64,000 bases of DNA from Thiotrichales bacterium (GTDB lineage Bacteria; Pseudomonadota; Gammaproteobacteria; UWMA-0217): assembly GCA_050329935.1 (NCBI GenBank), contig JBHJOI010000067.1, positions 13,359-77,358 of the forward strand. The letters run 5' to 3'. The notes below the pieces were generated by a model. It was not told the DNA's origin and did no database searches. It saw nothing but the letters and a program-made list of their open reading frames with translations. Below, piece after piece: positions 1 through 9,764 of this stretch (its first letter is position 1; each line of letters begins with the position of its first letter). The position numbers and the translations under genes are program-made.

Positions 1-1655
1 TCCTCCGCCGCCATGGTGCGCGCCATGTCCAGCATGTCCTCGTAGGCGACTTGCGGCGGTGGCAGCATCGGCACGCCGTGGGTGTCGTGCGACAGGGTCA
101 GGCGGTCTGCTTCGAGTTCGCGCTCGCGCGCGGCCTGTTCTTTTTCTTCCAAGGTGGCCTCCAGGGTTGGTAGCGCGGGCGCGGCGGGCGCGACCGGTGT
201 GACGGACTTCAGGCTGCGTAGCGCTGGCCGAAACACCATCAAGATCAACAGTAGAACCCCGATGCCGGCGAGCACCTGCTTGCCGAGCCCCCACACCCAG
301 GGTTGTTCCCACAGTGGTGGTGGCGCGACCGGTTCAATCACGGCAATCGGCTGAAAACTCTGGTTGATGACGAACACGCTGTCGCCACGTTGTTCGTTGA
401 AGCCCACGGCCTCTTTCACCAGGCGCGTCAAGTTGTCGAGCTCGGCGGCATCAAGTGGCTTCGCGGTGGCCTGGCCGTTCTCGACGACGGTCTTGTCGTC
501 CACCAACACCGCGACCGAGACCCGTTTGATGCCGCCCTGCGAGCGCCGGGTATGGGTGATGGTGCGGTCCAGCTCGTAGTTGCGGGTCGCCTGCTTGCTG
601 GTCGAGGTTGGCGTTTTGGTGTCGGCGTTTTGCCCGGCGGCGTCCGGATTGGTATCGCCGGCATCGGGTGGCTGATTGGTCAGCGCGCCGGGAATGCCGA
701 GCGCGGCGATCGAGCCCTTGGTTTCCTGATCCTGGACTTGCTCGCTGCGAACCTTGCCCTCGCTTGGCTCGTAGAGTTCCTGGGTCTGCTCGTTTTCCGA
801 GAAGTCAGCGTCGACGTTGACCTTGGCGCGAACCTTGCCCGCACCGACCACGGCGGTCAACAGCTCCTCTACCCGTGACACGAAGCGATTCTCGAGTTCC
901 GCGACGTAGGCGAGTTGCTTGCGCGAGGCTTGCGCGCCGTTGGTGCCGTCGCCGGTCGATAGCAACCGGCCCCATTGATCGACGATGGTGACGTCGGACG
1001 ATTCCATGTAGGAGATGCTAGAGGCGACGAGGTGCACGATCGCCGATACCTGCCCGTCCTCCAACGTGCGCCCGGCCTGAAGCTTGACCATGACCGAAGC
1101 GGAGGGTTTGGCCCGTTCGCGGATGAATACCGATTGCTTGGGCAGCGCCAAGTGCACCCGCGCGGTTTCGACGTTGCGCATGCTGGAGATGGTGCGCGAC
1201 AGCTCGGTTTCGAGCGCGTGCTGGTAGCGCGCGTTTTCGACGAAGCGGCTGGTGCCGAGCGCCTGATCCTGGCGCAACATTTCGAGTCCGAGTTGGCCGC
1301 TTTGCGGCAGACCCTCGGCGGACAGTTTGATGCGCGCGGCGTCGAGTCGGTCCTGCGGAATCAGGACCAGACCGCTGCCACTCTCGATCTGATAGGGGAT
1401 GCCGTCGGCGCGCAACACCTCGGTGACCCGCTGGATGTCCTCCCGCGCCATGCGGTCGAATACCGGCACCATGCTCGGCTTGGCCGCCCACATGATCAGA
1501 CCGATGCCCAGCGTGGCCGCCGCCGCGAGCGACGCCAGCGTGCCCAATTGCTGGTAGAGCGTGCCGCTTTCCAGCAGTTGCCGCCAGAACGGCAGTTCAC
1601 CGCTCGGCGGGCCGCCCGCGGGCGGCAAGGACTTACTCAGTGTGGACTCGTTCAT
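1..1655 (-). CDS. fliF: Flagellar M-ring protein FliF, partial (C-terminus runs off the window edge). My manual minus-strand translation from the ATG at 1655 reads MNESTLSKSLPP...SARVHLALPKQSVFIRE...VSAIVHLVASSI...VSVAVLVDDK.
   Basis: Not in the ORF track because there is no in-window stop. The translation shows FliF hallmark blocks (ARVHLA-PKPS, AVVHLV-SS, SVAVLVDDK). Position immediately downstream of fliE fits. Confidence 0.8.
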   Translation of the reverse strand, partial: MNESTLSKSLPPAGGPPSGELPFWRQLLESGTLYQQLGTLASLAAAATLGIGLIMWAAKPSMVPVFDRMAREDIQRVTEVLRADGIPYQIESGSGLVLIPQDRLDAARIKLSAEGLPQSGQLGLEMLRQDQALGTSRFVENARYQHALETELSRTISSMRNVETARVHLALPKQSVFIRERAKPSASVMVKLQAGRTLEDGQVSAIVHLVASSISYMESSDVTIVDQWGRLLSTGDGTNGAQASRKQLAYVAELENRFVSRVEELLTAVVGAGKVRAKVNVDADFSENEQTQELYEPSEGKVRSEQVQDQETKGSIAALGIPGALTNQPPDAGDTNPDAAGQNADTKTPTSTSKQATRNYELDRTITHTRRSQGGIKRVSVAVLVDDKTVVENGQATAKPLDAAELDNLTRLVKEAVGFNEQRGDSVFVINQSFQPIAVIEPVAPPPLWEQPWVWGLGKQVLAGIGVLLLILMVFRPALRSLKSVTPVAPAAPALPTLEATLEEKEQAARERELEADRLTLSHDTHGVPMLPPPQVAYEDMLDMARTMAAE

Positions 1656-1706
1656 GTGCTTACTCGGTTACCTGGTGACGATCGCAAACGGCTTTTCGGC
1701 GCGGCC

Positions 1707-2033
1707 TTAAACGGGCATGTTCATGATTTCCTTGTACGCGTCGATCAGCTTGTTGCGCACCCGCATGAGCGTCTCGAAGGCGATACGCGATTTCTGCGAT
1801 TCCAGCATGACCTGCGGCAGATCCACGCCCGGTTCTCCCAGTTCGAAGGCCTCACGCAAGCGGCCGCTCACCTGTTGACGGCGATTGACGTTGCGAATCG
1901 ATTCCTGCAACAACCCGCTGAATTCGGCCGCTGGCGTCGCGCCCGGTGATCCGGAACGGACGCCTTGCAGCCCGGCTTGCTGGGCCAGCGCGCGCAGTTG
2001 CGACAATACTTGTTGTGAATTGATGGGTTCCAT
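1707..2033 (-). CDS. fliE: Flagellar hook-basal body complex protein FliE (108 aa)
   Basis: Size and the conserved C-terminal block ...FETLMRVRNKLIDAYKEIMNMPV are typical of FliE. It lies between fleR and fliF as in Pseudomonas/Vibrio. Confidence 0.9.
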   Translation of the reverse strand: MEPINSQQVLSQLRALAQQAGLQGVRSGSPGATPAAEFSGLLQESIRNVNRRQQVSGRLREAFELGEPGVDLPQVMLESQKSRIAFETLMRVRNKLIDAYKEIMNMPV

Positions 2034-2072
2034 CGCGACAATCTCCCTTTGTCTTGTTTCTGCGTCGGTTCG

Positions 2073-3407
2073 TCATGCATCCGGCACGGGGATGCCCGCT
2101 TCACGCATCCGTGCCAGTTTGTAGCGCAGGGTGCGCGGGCTGATCCCGAGCTTCTCGGCCGCGTACTTGCGGCTACCGTGGCCGGCCTGCAAGGCCTTTA
2201 AAATGATCTGGTACTCGTGCGACTTGAGGTCGGAGTTGAGCGGTGCGTCGGCGTCCAGTACCGGCATTATCCTGGGCTCGTCCCGCGCCGCTTCGAAGTG
2301 CAGGTCGACCGTATCGATATGGATCCCGTTGCAGAGCACGAGTGCACGCTGAATCACGTTGCCCAGTTCGCGAATATTGCCCGGCCAGTCGTAATCTTCG
2401 AGCCGCATCGACGCCGCGGCGGTCAACACCGGCACGCGATGACCGAGTGCGCTGTGGCGTCGGATCAAATGATTGGCCAGCGCGACGATGTCGGCGGGAC
2501 GCTCGCGCAGTGGCGCCAGACGTAGCGGAAATACATTGAGCCGGTAGAACAAATCCTCGCGGAAGCGTCCGGCGCGAACCTCTTCGATCAGGTTACGGTT
2601 GGTGGTGGCGAGCACGCGAACGTCAAGCACGATGGTCTTGCGCCCACCAATTCGCTCCACCTCGCGCTCCTGCAGCACCCGCAACAGCTTGGCCTGTAGC
2701 CCGAGGTCCATCTCGGAGATTTCGTCCAGTAGCAGGGTCCCGCCTTGCGCCAGCTCGAACTTACCCGGATTCGCGTTCAGCGCCCCGGTGAAGGAGCCTT
2801 TTTCGTGACCGAACAGCACCGCTTCGAGCATGTTCACCGGAATCGCGGCACAGTTGATGGCGATGAAAGGTTTGTTGTGACGCATCGAGTTGGCATGGAC
2901 GAATCGCGCCAGCACTTCCTTGCCGGTGCCACTTTCGCCGGAGATCAACACCGATACGTCGGTGACCGCGACCTTGCGCGCCAATTGCAGCAACTCCCGC
3001 GAATACGGATCGTTGGCGATGACGGCGTCGTCGTCCGCCGCGAGTGTCGGCAGCAACCGTTTGCAGGTGGCTAGCAACTGATCGATCTTGAGCGGTCGCA
3101 ACAAATAGTCGGCGGCGCCTTCACGCATCGCTTGAACCGCCTTTTCAATCGCGCCGATATGGGTGATCAACACCACCGGCAGATCGGGGCGGATCGTCTT
3201 GAGTTTTGCCAGCAAGGCATGGCCATCCAGGGGCTCCATGACCTCTTCGGCCACCAGCAGGTCCGGGCTCAATTGTTCGACCAGTTGCAGCGCGTTTTCG
3301 GACGACGCCTGGCTGCTCACGGCATAGCCTTGCTCGCGCAGCACGTCGCTCAATGCGATGGCGAGCGGGGTGTCGGGCGTAATGATCAGCACATGTCTAT
3401 CGGTCAT
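2073..3407 (-). CDS. fleR: Sigma-54-dependent Fis-family response regulator, FleR/FlrC-like (REC + AAA+ sigma-54 activator + C-terminal HTH)
   Basis: GESGTGKE Walker A, GAFTGA-like loop (GSFTGA), C-terminal HTH. The N-terminal receiver has a degenerate acidic pocket (see findings). RBS AAAGGAG upstream. Confidence 0.85.
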   Translation of the reverse strand: MTDRHVLIITPDTPLAIALSDVLREQGYAVSSQASSENALQLVEQLSPDLLVAEEVMEPLDGHALLAKLKTIRPDLPVVLITHIGAIEKAVQAMREGAADYLLRPLKIDQLLATCKRLLPTLAADDDAVIANDPYSRELLQLARKVAVTDVSVLISGESGTGKEVLARFVHANSMRHNKPFIAINCAAIPVNMLEAVLFGHEKGSFTGALNANPGKFELAQGGTLLLDEISEMDLGLQAKLLRVLQEREVERIGGRKTIVLDVRVLATTNRNLIEEVRAGRFREDLFYRLNVFPLRLAPLRERPADIVALANHLIRRHSALGHRVPVLTAAASMRLEDYDWPGNIRELGNVIQRALVLCNGIHIDTVDLHFEAARDEPRIMPVLDADAPLNSDLKSHEYQIILKALQAGHGSRKYAAEKLGISPRTLRYKLARMREAGIPVPDA

Positions 3408-3635
3408 TCGCGGGAACTCCTTTCCTGTTGACCTGACCCGTTGAGTCGTTGATTTGGGTCGATTCCGTGCTCGCCGAGGTCGACCGTTTCGCGTGCTTTC
3501 TGAACAGCACGTTCAATCGGTTGGCGCGCGCGGTATGAAATCGCCCGGATCGGTGGGGGATGCGTCCTTGCATCTGCTTTCTAACTCCTTGTCAGCGTGT
3601 TCGAGGGTGTCGTTATTGTCGGGCGAGTGTTCGAG

Positions 3636-5027
3636 TCAAAAGGTCAGTTCCTCGCGTTCAAGCTGGAACTTGCGCATTTTCTCGACCAGTGTGGTGCGCC
3701 GGAGGTTGAGTAGCTTCGCGGCCTGGGCGACCACGCCGTCGGCCTTGGTCAGCGCTTGGCGGATATACTTCAATTCCAGGTCATTCAGATAATTCTTGAG
3801 GTCGAATTCGCCGTTGCCGATGTCCAGTTCGGCCGCGGTTTCCGGCGCCCATTCGTCTGGATCGTCCGGACTGGGTGTCGCCACCCGATTGCCACGATAC
3901 TTGTCCGGCAGGTCGGCCGCTGTGACCGACATGTTCGGATACAGAATGCGCAGGCGCTCGATCAGGTTGGCGAGTTCGCGGACATTGCCGGGCCAGGGGT
4001 AATCCATCAATACCTCGAGCGCGTAGCGGTCGAGCCGAAACGCACCTTTCTCGGGTGCCATGCGGCCGATCATCGACTCGACCAGCGCCGGGATGTCCTC
4101 GCGGCGCGCACGCAGCGGCGGCATCTCAATGGGGAACACATTGAGCCGGTAGAAAAGATCCTCGCGGAACTTACCGTCGGCGATGCTGGATTCGAGATTC
4201 TGGTGCGTTGCGGCGATGATCCTCACGTCGGCCTGCAGTGATCGGTTGCTGCCGACCCGCTCATACGTCCGTTCCTGCAGTACCCTGAGCAGCTTGACCT
4301 GCATGTTGAAATTCATATCGCCAATTTCGTCGAGAAACAGCGAGCCACCGTCCGCGAGTTCGAAACGTCCGGCGCGAGCGGTGATCGCGCCGGTGAAGGC
4401 GCCTTTTTCGTGTCCGAACAGCTCACTCTCCAGCAACTCGCCGGGAATCGCGCCGCAGTTGACGGGTACGAAAGGACGCTCGGACCGTGCCGAGGTTCGA
4501 TGGATCATCCGCGCGACGATTTCCTTGCCCGTGCCGGATTCCCCCAGAATCAGCACACTCGCGTCCGTGTGCGCGACCTTTTCGATCAGCTCGCGCACTC
4601 GGCGAATCGCGGCGCTACCGCCCTCCAAGGATTGCGGCGTCGCGTTTTGGCGACGGCGCGGAACCGGCTGTGATGCGGGTGGCGCCTGCGTGACGGCCTC
4701 TTGTAATTGACGATAGGTGCAGGGAAGTGGCAATACGGCGTCGAAGCCGGTGCTGTCATAGGCGGTGTGCGGGACCGAGCCGGAAATAAACAGCAGCAAT
4801 AACGCACCCACTGGGGCGGCGGCGAAGGTCTCACGCAACCGGATCAGTTCCGCCGGGGTTTCAACGGCCGCGCCAATGACCGAATAGCGCTCGGAACCCG
4901 TCGCAAGCGTACCGTTGGTCTCGAACGTCTGCGAGTCGACCGCGAACTCGAGAAACTCAAGCATCTCGGCTACCCGCCGTGATATTCCGGCGTTGATGCC
5001 TAAAACGAGTGCGCGTTGTTCTGCCAT
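3636..5027 (-). CDS. fleQ: Sigma-54-dependent master flagellar regulator, FleQ/FlrA-like (FleQ N-domain + AAA+ + HTH)
   Basis: [21 protein letters not shown] and a C-terminal Fis-type HTH. The N-terminal domain is not a canonical receiver. Position upstream of fleR and fliE. Confidence 0.8.
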   Translation of the reverse strand: MAEQRALVLGINAGISRRVAEMLEFLEFAVDSQTFETNGTLATGSERYSVIGAAVETPAELIRLRETFAAAPVGALLLLFISGSVPHTAYDSTGFDAVLPLPCTYRQLQEAVTQAPPASQPVPRRRQNATPQSLEGGSAAIRRVRELIEKVAHTDASVLILGESGTGKEIVARMIHRTSARSERPFVPVNCGAIPGELLESELFGHEKGAFTGAITARAGRFELADGGSLFLDEIGDMNFNMQVKLLRVLQERTYERVGSNRSLQADVRIIAATHQNLESSIADGKFREDLFYRLNVFPIEMPPLRARREDIPALVESMIGRMAPEKGAFRLDRYALEVLMDYPWPGNVRELANLIERLRILYPNMSVTAADLPDKYRGNRVATPSPDDPDEWAPETAAELDIGNGEFDLKNYLNDLELKYIRQALTKADGVVAQAAKLLNLRRTTLVEKMRKFQLEREELTF

Positions 5028-5305
5028 TGTCTCTATCCTTGTGCTCTCTTCCGTGGCGCCGACTGGATGATCATTTCGAGCTTTGCAACGCGGCGCGACT
5101 CGTCGCCGTGCGCGCGAATCCCATCAGTCCGTCGGGATCGGGCGGGCGGGGATGTCCTGTCGGACATGTTTGAGTCGAGTCCCTCCGAAACGGGTCGGTT
5201 GTCGGGGAACTGCAAAATAACGCCGTGCTCTTGGCGCAATAGTAGGGCGGTGTGTCGAAAGGGAGTATGAACGCGTTAACAGAATGCGCGTTGCACCCGT
5301 CAAAA

Positions 5306-5329
5306 AAATAGCGCCTCTTGCGCGTGATC
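5306..5329 (-). terminator. Weak candidate rho-independent terminator downstream of fliT: GCGC-aagag-GCGC followed by TATTTTTTT on the minus strand
   Basis: 4-bp GC stem plus a 7-T run read on the minus strand. The short stem makes it marginal. Confidence 0.3.
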
Positions 5330-5552
5330 AGAACCAGGTCTCATCGGCACGCGAGGCGCGAAGGCTCGAAAGGTCGTTAACTTATTGTTATATCTATGAA
5401 ATAATGCGGAAAGTCAAATCTTGCCGGGTGGGTTCGTGAGTTGCCGCGGTGGCGACGAGATCTGCCGCTGTGCGTTTCACCCGCGGTGCGGGCCAGTGTG
5501 CGCCTCGGTACCCGGAATTCCCGCCGTTGGTCGGCGATCAGTTTGCTTTGGG

Positions 5553-5861
5553 TCACCTCAGGGTTGCGGAATAGGCGCGCAGGCCTTCGCGATTTCTTTG
5601 GTTACCGACGTACTCTTCGCGCATTCGCGTCATCGCGCCGGTCACGTAGTTCACGATCGCGGCATCCATTTGCAGAATGCGTTGCCGCAGAGGCGCCAAG
5701 TGCGCTTGCGATGCGTCGATCGCCTGAGCGTCGAGCCGATCAAGCAGCGTACCGCGTTCGTCATCCAGCTGCCGCACGCGTTCCCAGTCCTCCGATTGCG
5801 CGGCCTGAAGCATGGTCTCGCAGGTCGCTGACAATGCGCACAGCGTTTCGTACTCGGTCAT
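5553..5861 (-). CDS. fliT: Flagellar export chaperone FliT-like (about 102 aa from MTEYETL)
   Basis: Small helical protein immediately after fliS with an ATGA start/stop overlap. Order fliD-fliS-fliT is canonical. Sequence identity to FliT itself is weak. Confidence 0.5.
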   Translation of the reverse strand: MTEYETLCALSATCETMLQAAQSEDWERVRQLDDERGTLLDRLDAQAIDASQAHLAPLRQRILQMDAAIVNYVTGAMTRMREEYVGNQRNREGLRAYSATLR

Positions 5862-6271
5862 GCGGCGGCATCCTGTTTGACGCGCTGGTCCTGGGGGATG
5901 TTGTTCCACGCGCCGCGCAAGCCTTCGATCAGGCCGGCGACTTCGTCGAGCAGCGCGACGTCGCTGGTTCGGTTCGCCTCGAACAAGCGGCGTTGCATGT
6001 AGTCGTACAGCGCTTCGAGGTTTTGCGAGATTTCGCCACCTGCGGGCCGCAAGCCGGCCTTGAGCTCGACCACGATGTCGATGGCCTGCGTGATGCAGCG
6101 CCCTTTGGCCGCGATTTCATGTCGCGCCAGGTGACCCTTAGCCCGCGCGATTTTTTCCAGTGCCCCGGCGTAGAGCATGTCGACCAGCTTGTGCGGATCC
6201 GCGGCGAGTGCGTTGCTGTAGTTTCCGACCTGCTTGTAGGCGTTGGCTGCCGTGGCGTAGGGATTCATCAT
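5858..6271 (-). CDS. fliS: Flagellar export chaperone FliS (137 aa)
   Basis: N-terminal YxxxxxxxA-P-KLV-MLYAGALE motif typical of FliS. Follows fliD. Confidence 0.85.
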   Translation of the reverse strand: MMNPYATAANAYKQVGNYSNALAADPHKLVDMLYAGALEKIARAKGHLARHEIAAKGRCITQAIDIVVELKAGLRPAGGEISQNLEALYDYMQRRLFEANRTSDVALLDEVAGLIEGLRGAWNNIPQDQRVKQDAAA

Positions 6272-6425
6272 GGGTGCTCCTGAGTTTGTTGTTAGGTCCT
6301 GTTGTATTTCAATCCGCTAGCAATGACGCCCAAAGTTCGCGGCGACGCGGTCGGTCGACCGTCTCGCGTTGGACATTCCGCACGTCGTCGGGTTTGCCAT
6401 TGCGTCGGTTTGCGCGGTGTGACCG

Positions 6426-7703
6426 CTAGCTGCTAAACCGCTGGGCGAGAAACGTGCTGGTCTGGTTCAGTTTCGCGACCAGTGAGTCCATCGAACCGAA
6501 TTGTTTGCGCATGCGCGCTTCGACGCTCACCATGCGGGCCTCGAACCGCTCCATCTGAACATCGATCGATTTTTTACGACTGTTCAGGCCGTCGGTGCGG
6601 GTTTGAATGAAACCGTCGCTTTCGGTGTAACGCGCGAATGCGTCGGCGATCCGCTTGGCGAATCCGTTGTCGGTGTCGGTGAAGAACGCCACCATGCCGG
6701 CGAGGTTATCGGAGATTTTAGCGTTGGCCTTGGTGGTGTTGACGCTCATCACACCTTCTTTACTGTAGGTGATGCCGTAGTCGATCGCGGACTCGGTGCC
6801 GCCGGCCGCGTTGGTGAAATTGGCAAAGATCTGGTTGCGCAGCGACGATTCGATGCCGACCAGCATACCTTCGCCTTTCAGATCTTCGCTACGCAGGCTC
6901 TTGATGCGGCTGACCAGGCTGTTGTAGGCACTGGTGAAGTCCTGCATCGACTTGGTCATCGCGCTGTTATCAGCCGCCGACGTGACCTCGGTCGTGCCCG
7001 CGCCCTTGAGGTTGATCGTTAGCCCGTCGACCACGCCGGTGACGGTGTTCGACGCGCTGGTGACGGGGAACCCATTGACTTCGAGGACGGCGTCCTTTGC
7101 TTCCTGGGACTCGGTGAAGCCGAAGCCGGCGGGGGCAGCAATCGCGTTGGCGGTTCCAGTGTTTTTGGCGGTCAACACCAGGTAACTGCCGCCGGTCGCG
7201 TTGACGATGCTGGCGCTGATACCCGCGTTATCGCTGGCGTTGTTGATCGCGTCGCGCAGCCCCTTGAGCGAATCGTTGGTCGCGTCGATCGTCACGTCGA
7301 AGCTCGTGGTGCCATAAGTGAAGGTATGGGTGCCCTGGCCAACGGCCGTGTTCGCGTCGGTGTAGGCCTGCGATGAGACGCGATGTTGTTGCGCGAGATG
7401 CGTCACCTCGATGGTATGGCTTTCCGCCGCCGCGCCGGTGCCGGCGGTCACGGTCGCCACCTTTTCGTCGCTCGACGCGACCGTGTACTTCGAGAACTGA
7501 TCCTTGTCGCCGAGTTTTTGCGCGGCCGCCACCAGATCCGAGATCGCTGTTTTCAGCCGACCGTAGGCGCTGATTTGTACGTCGAGTGTGCTCTTCTGCT
7601 TTTGCAGCTTGGTTAACGGTTGGCGCTCGACCTGCATCAGGCCGGAGATCATCGAGTTGATGTCGAGGCCTGAGCCGACGCCCGCGGCGGTCAAGGTTGG
7701 CAT
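6426..7703 (-). CDS. fliD: Flagellar filament cap protein FliD (HAP2), 425 aa
   Basis: N-terminus MPTLTAAGVGSGLDINSMISGLMQVERQPLTKLQ is the conserved FliD N-terminal coiled-coil region. Size and context fit. Confidence 0.85.
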   Translation of the reverse strand: MPTLTAAGVGSGLDINSMISGLMQVERQPLTKLQKQKSTLDVQISAYGRLKTAISDLVAAAQKLGDKDQFSKYTVASSDEKVATVTAGTGAAAESHTIEVTHLAQQHRVSSQAYTDANTAVGQGTHTFTYGTTSFDVTIDATNDSLKGLRDAINNASDNAGISASIVNATGGSYLVLTAKNTGTANAIAAPAGFGFTESQEAKDAVLEVNGFPVTSASNTVTGVVDGLTINLKGAGTTEVTSAADNSAMTKSMQDFTSAYNSLVSRIKSLRSEDLKGEGMLVGIESSLRNQIFANFTNAAGGTESAIDYGITYSKEGVMSVNTTKANAKISDNLAGMVAFFTDTDNGFAKRIADAFARYTESDGFIQTRTDGLNSRKKSIDVQMERFEARMVSVEARMRKQFGSMDSLVAKLNQTSTFLAQRFSS

Positions 7704-7761
7704 GTGTGTCTCCTGAGTTCGATTTTGGCTTGACTGAGCAATGTCCGTGCCGGGATATGCG

Positions 7762-8139
7762 TCAGGTTAGCGTGTCCAATAACAAACCGAGCGGTGGTTC
7801 ACCTTTCGGATTTCCGCCCTCGACGAATCGCTGCAAGGCGACCGCCTGCTCCGACGGAATCTGGCGCACGACCTCGCCGGTTGCCTGGTTACGCACGACG
7901 ATCACGCTGTCTTTGACGTCCGCGTCGAACGAAAGCTGCATCGACCACGGCAAGTCCACCGAAAGTTGCCGCATCGAGTCGGCAATTTTTCGCAGATCCG
8001 GTGGTGCGCTGGCAGTCGCATGGGATTCGGTTTGCACGGCTTCGGCGCGAGGCGGTTCATGAGCCGAGCGGGGCGTCGTGACGTGCGTGTGCCTTCCTTC
8101 GGCAGCGTGAACTTGAAGATTCGGGTCGGATGTTGACAT
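7762..8139 (-). CDS. flaG: Flagellar protein FlaG (about 125 aa from the internal Met MSTSDPNLQ)
   Basis: C-terminal block SFDADVKDSVIVVRNQATGEVVRQIPSEQAV matches the FlaG signature (...VKV-D--TGEVIRQIPSEE). GGGGAG RBS sits before the internal ATG. Confidence 0.7.
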   Translation of the reverse strand: MSTSDPNLQVHAAEGRHTHVTTPRSAHEPPRAEAVQTESHATASAPPDLRKIADSMRQLSVDLPWSMQLSFDADVKDSVIVVRNQATGEVVRQIPSEQAVALQRFVEGGNPKGEPPLGLLLDTLT

Positions 8140-8261
8140 GACTGGTGTACTCCCCTGCCTGCCTCGGCCGGACACATCGGGGTGTTTCATCCCGCTCAGG
8201 CTGAGGTCTGTTCTAATCAACCGACTGGGCCCGTAAACCAACACCGTCCGGTCAGAAAGAA

Positions 8262-8290
8262 TCGGGGCGCGAGGCCCCGACAAGTCTAGG
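8262..8290 (-). terminator. Candidate intrinsic terminator hairpin read on the minus strand: GGGGCCTCGCGCCCC then GATTCTTTCT
   Basis: 5-bp GC stem with a tetraloop and a T-rich tail on the minus strand. It lies between a sigma-54-like motif and flaG. Function unclear. Confidence 0.35.
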
Positions 8291-8363
8291 ACGATATTAT
8301 TGTTGTTGTTATGTGAGGGCTTTCGTTACGTCGTTCGGTTGTTCTCTGCTCGTTTCCCTCGGC

Positions 8364-8380
8364 GCCCGCCGTGCCTGGCA
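8364..8380 (-). promoter_or_regulatory. Candidate sigma-54 (-24/-12) promoter element AGGCACG-gcgg-GCGC on the minus strand
   Basis: GG and GC dinucleotides are at the canonical 10-nt spacing with a CACG core. The -12 TT is replaced by GC, so this is weak. Confidence 0.25.
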
Positions 8381-8638
8381 GGTTCCTTTCTTCCCTGGTC
8401 GCGTCGAGGTGTTTCCACCGCGTCGCCTCATGGGGGTTATCGGACGCTAGGGTTTGCGCTTTAGCCTCGATTGGGCTGCGAACGGTGTTTGGCGACGAGC
8501 GGACCGAGCCGAGGATCGAACGGTTGAATAGGTCAGGCGGGTCGAAGCCGTAGCGTTGAAAAGAGTTTGCGCGCTTAATGACCTAGTCGGAAAAGTGTGG
8601 CGGGTCTAAATTGTCAGTATCAACTGACGGAGTTCAAC

Positions 8639-9505
8639 ATGAAGAAACTAGCATTCATCAAGCGCAGCGGCGGTCAGCACTGGGTCGGTGACGGTTTTCC
8701 GGTGCAAAGTATCTTTTCCTACAACGACATCGCGGATGAGATCTCGCCATTTCTGTTGATGGACTACGCCGGACCGACCGAGTTCGAGCCGACCACGACG
8801 CACAAGCGCGGCGTTGGCGCGCATCCGCATCGGGGCTTCGAGACCGTCACCATCGTCTATGCGGGTGGCGTGTCCCACCGCGATTCGGCCGGGGGCGGTG
8901 GCACCATTGGCGCCGGCGATGTGCAGTGGATGACCGCCGCATCGGGTTTGGTGCACGAGGAGTTTCACAGCCCCGAGTACGCGCGTCGCGGTGGTCCATT
9001 CGAGATGATTCAGCTGTGGGTCAACTTGCCCGCCAAGGACAAGATGTCTTCACCGCGTTATCAGGGCATCACCGATGCCCGGATTCCGCGCGTCACGTTG
9101 CCCAGCGATGCCGGCACGCTTAGGGTCATTGCAGGCGAATACGGTGAATCGAAAGGTGTCGCGCTGACGTTCACGCCGATGAACGTCTGGGACTTGCGAC
9201 TGAATGCGGAACGGTCTCTCTCACTCGATTTTCCGCCTGGACATACGCTCGCGGTGTTCGTCCTGCGGGGTGGTATTCGGATCGGCGCGCAGACGGTCGG
9301 TTCGGCCGAGCTGGCGGTGATGGAACGCGAGGGGACGACGCTCGCGTTCGAGACCTTGGATGACACCGTGCTGTTGTTGCTGAGCGGCGTGCCGTTGAAC
9401 GAGCCGATCGTGGGCCATGGCCCCTTTGTCATGAACACGCAAGACGAGATCGTTCAAGCCATGCGGGATTACAGTAGCGGTAAGTTTGGTCGCATGTCGC
9501 ACTAG
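8639..9505 (+). CDS. Pirin family protein (bicupin), about 288 aa from MKKLAF
   Basis: HPHRGFETVTIVYAGGVSHRDSAGG... is a typical pirin N-terminal cupin metal-binding motif. A two-cupin C-terminal extension follows. Confidence 0.85.
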   Translation: MKKLAFIKRSGGQHWVGDGFPVQSIFSYNDIADEISPFLLMDYAGPTEFEPTTTHKRGVGAHPHRGFETVTIVYAGGVSHRDSAGGGGTIGAGDVQWMTAASGLVHEEFHSPEYARRGGPFEMIQLWVNLPAKDKMSSPRYQGITDARIPRVTLPSDAGTLRVIAGEYGESKGVALTFTPMNVWDLRLNAERSLSLDFPPGHTLAVFVLRGGIRIGAQTVGSAELAVMEREGTTLAFETLDDTVLLLLSGVPLNEPIVGHGPFVMNTQDEIVQAMRDYSSGKFGRMSH

Positions 9506-9764
9506 CCAGCCGAGGGTGCGAAACGCAGCGGTCCAATCTCCATCCGTTGCGGCCACTTCGGTGAAACAACGCGCGGCGGATTTGGTTTCCCACCGCGCGC
9601 GTTGGGCTTGAATCGTTGGCGCGAGTATCGCCGCCGGCCTGATTATCTTGAGGCAACCTTGGGGTCGTCGCAATACGCTTATAACTGCCGAAATACAGCG
9701 CGCCATCCGACCACTTAAAGGCCGGATGGCATCCGAACGAACCCGATGGGTGAGCAAGCAACCG

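Noticed and set aside
975-1949. 324-aa plus-strand ORF overlapping fliF/fliE on the opposite strand
   Set aside because: Arg/Gly/Asp-rich translation with no motifs. It is an antisense artefact of a high-GC coding region; the minus strand encodes clear FliF.
5441-6283. 280-aa plus-strand ORF antisense to fliT/fliS
   Set aside because: Arg/Ser-rich junk. The minus strand has convincing FliS/FliT.
8140-8400. Search for a FliA (sigma-28) promoter (TAAA-N15-GCCGATAA) upstream of flaG and of the Gly-rich ORF
   Set aside because: No convincing match by eye on the relevant strand. Only a weak sigma-54-like element was seen.
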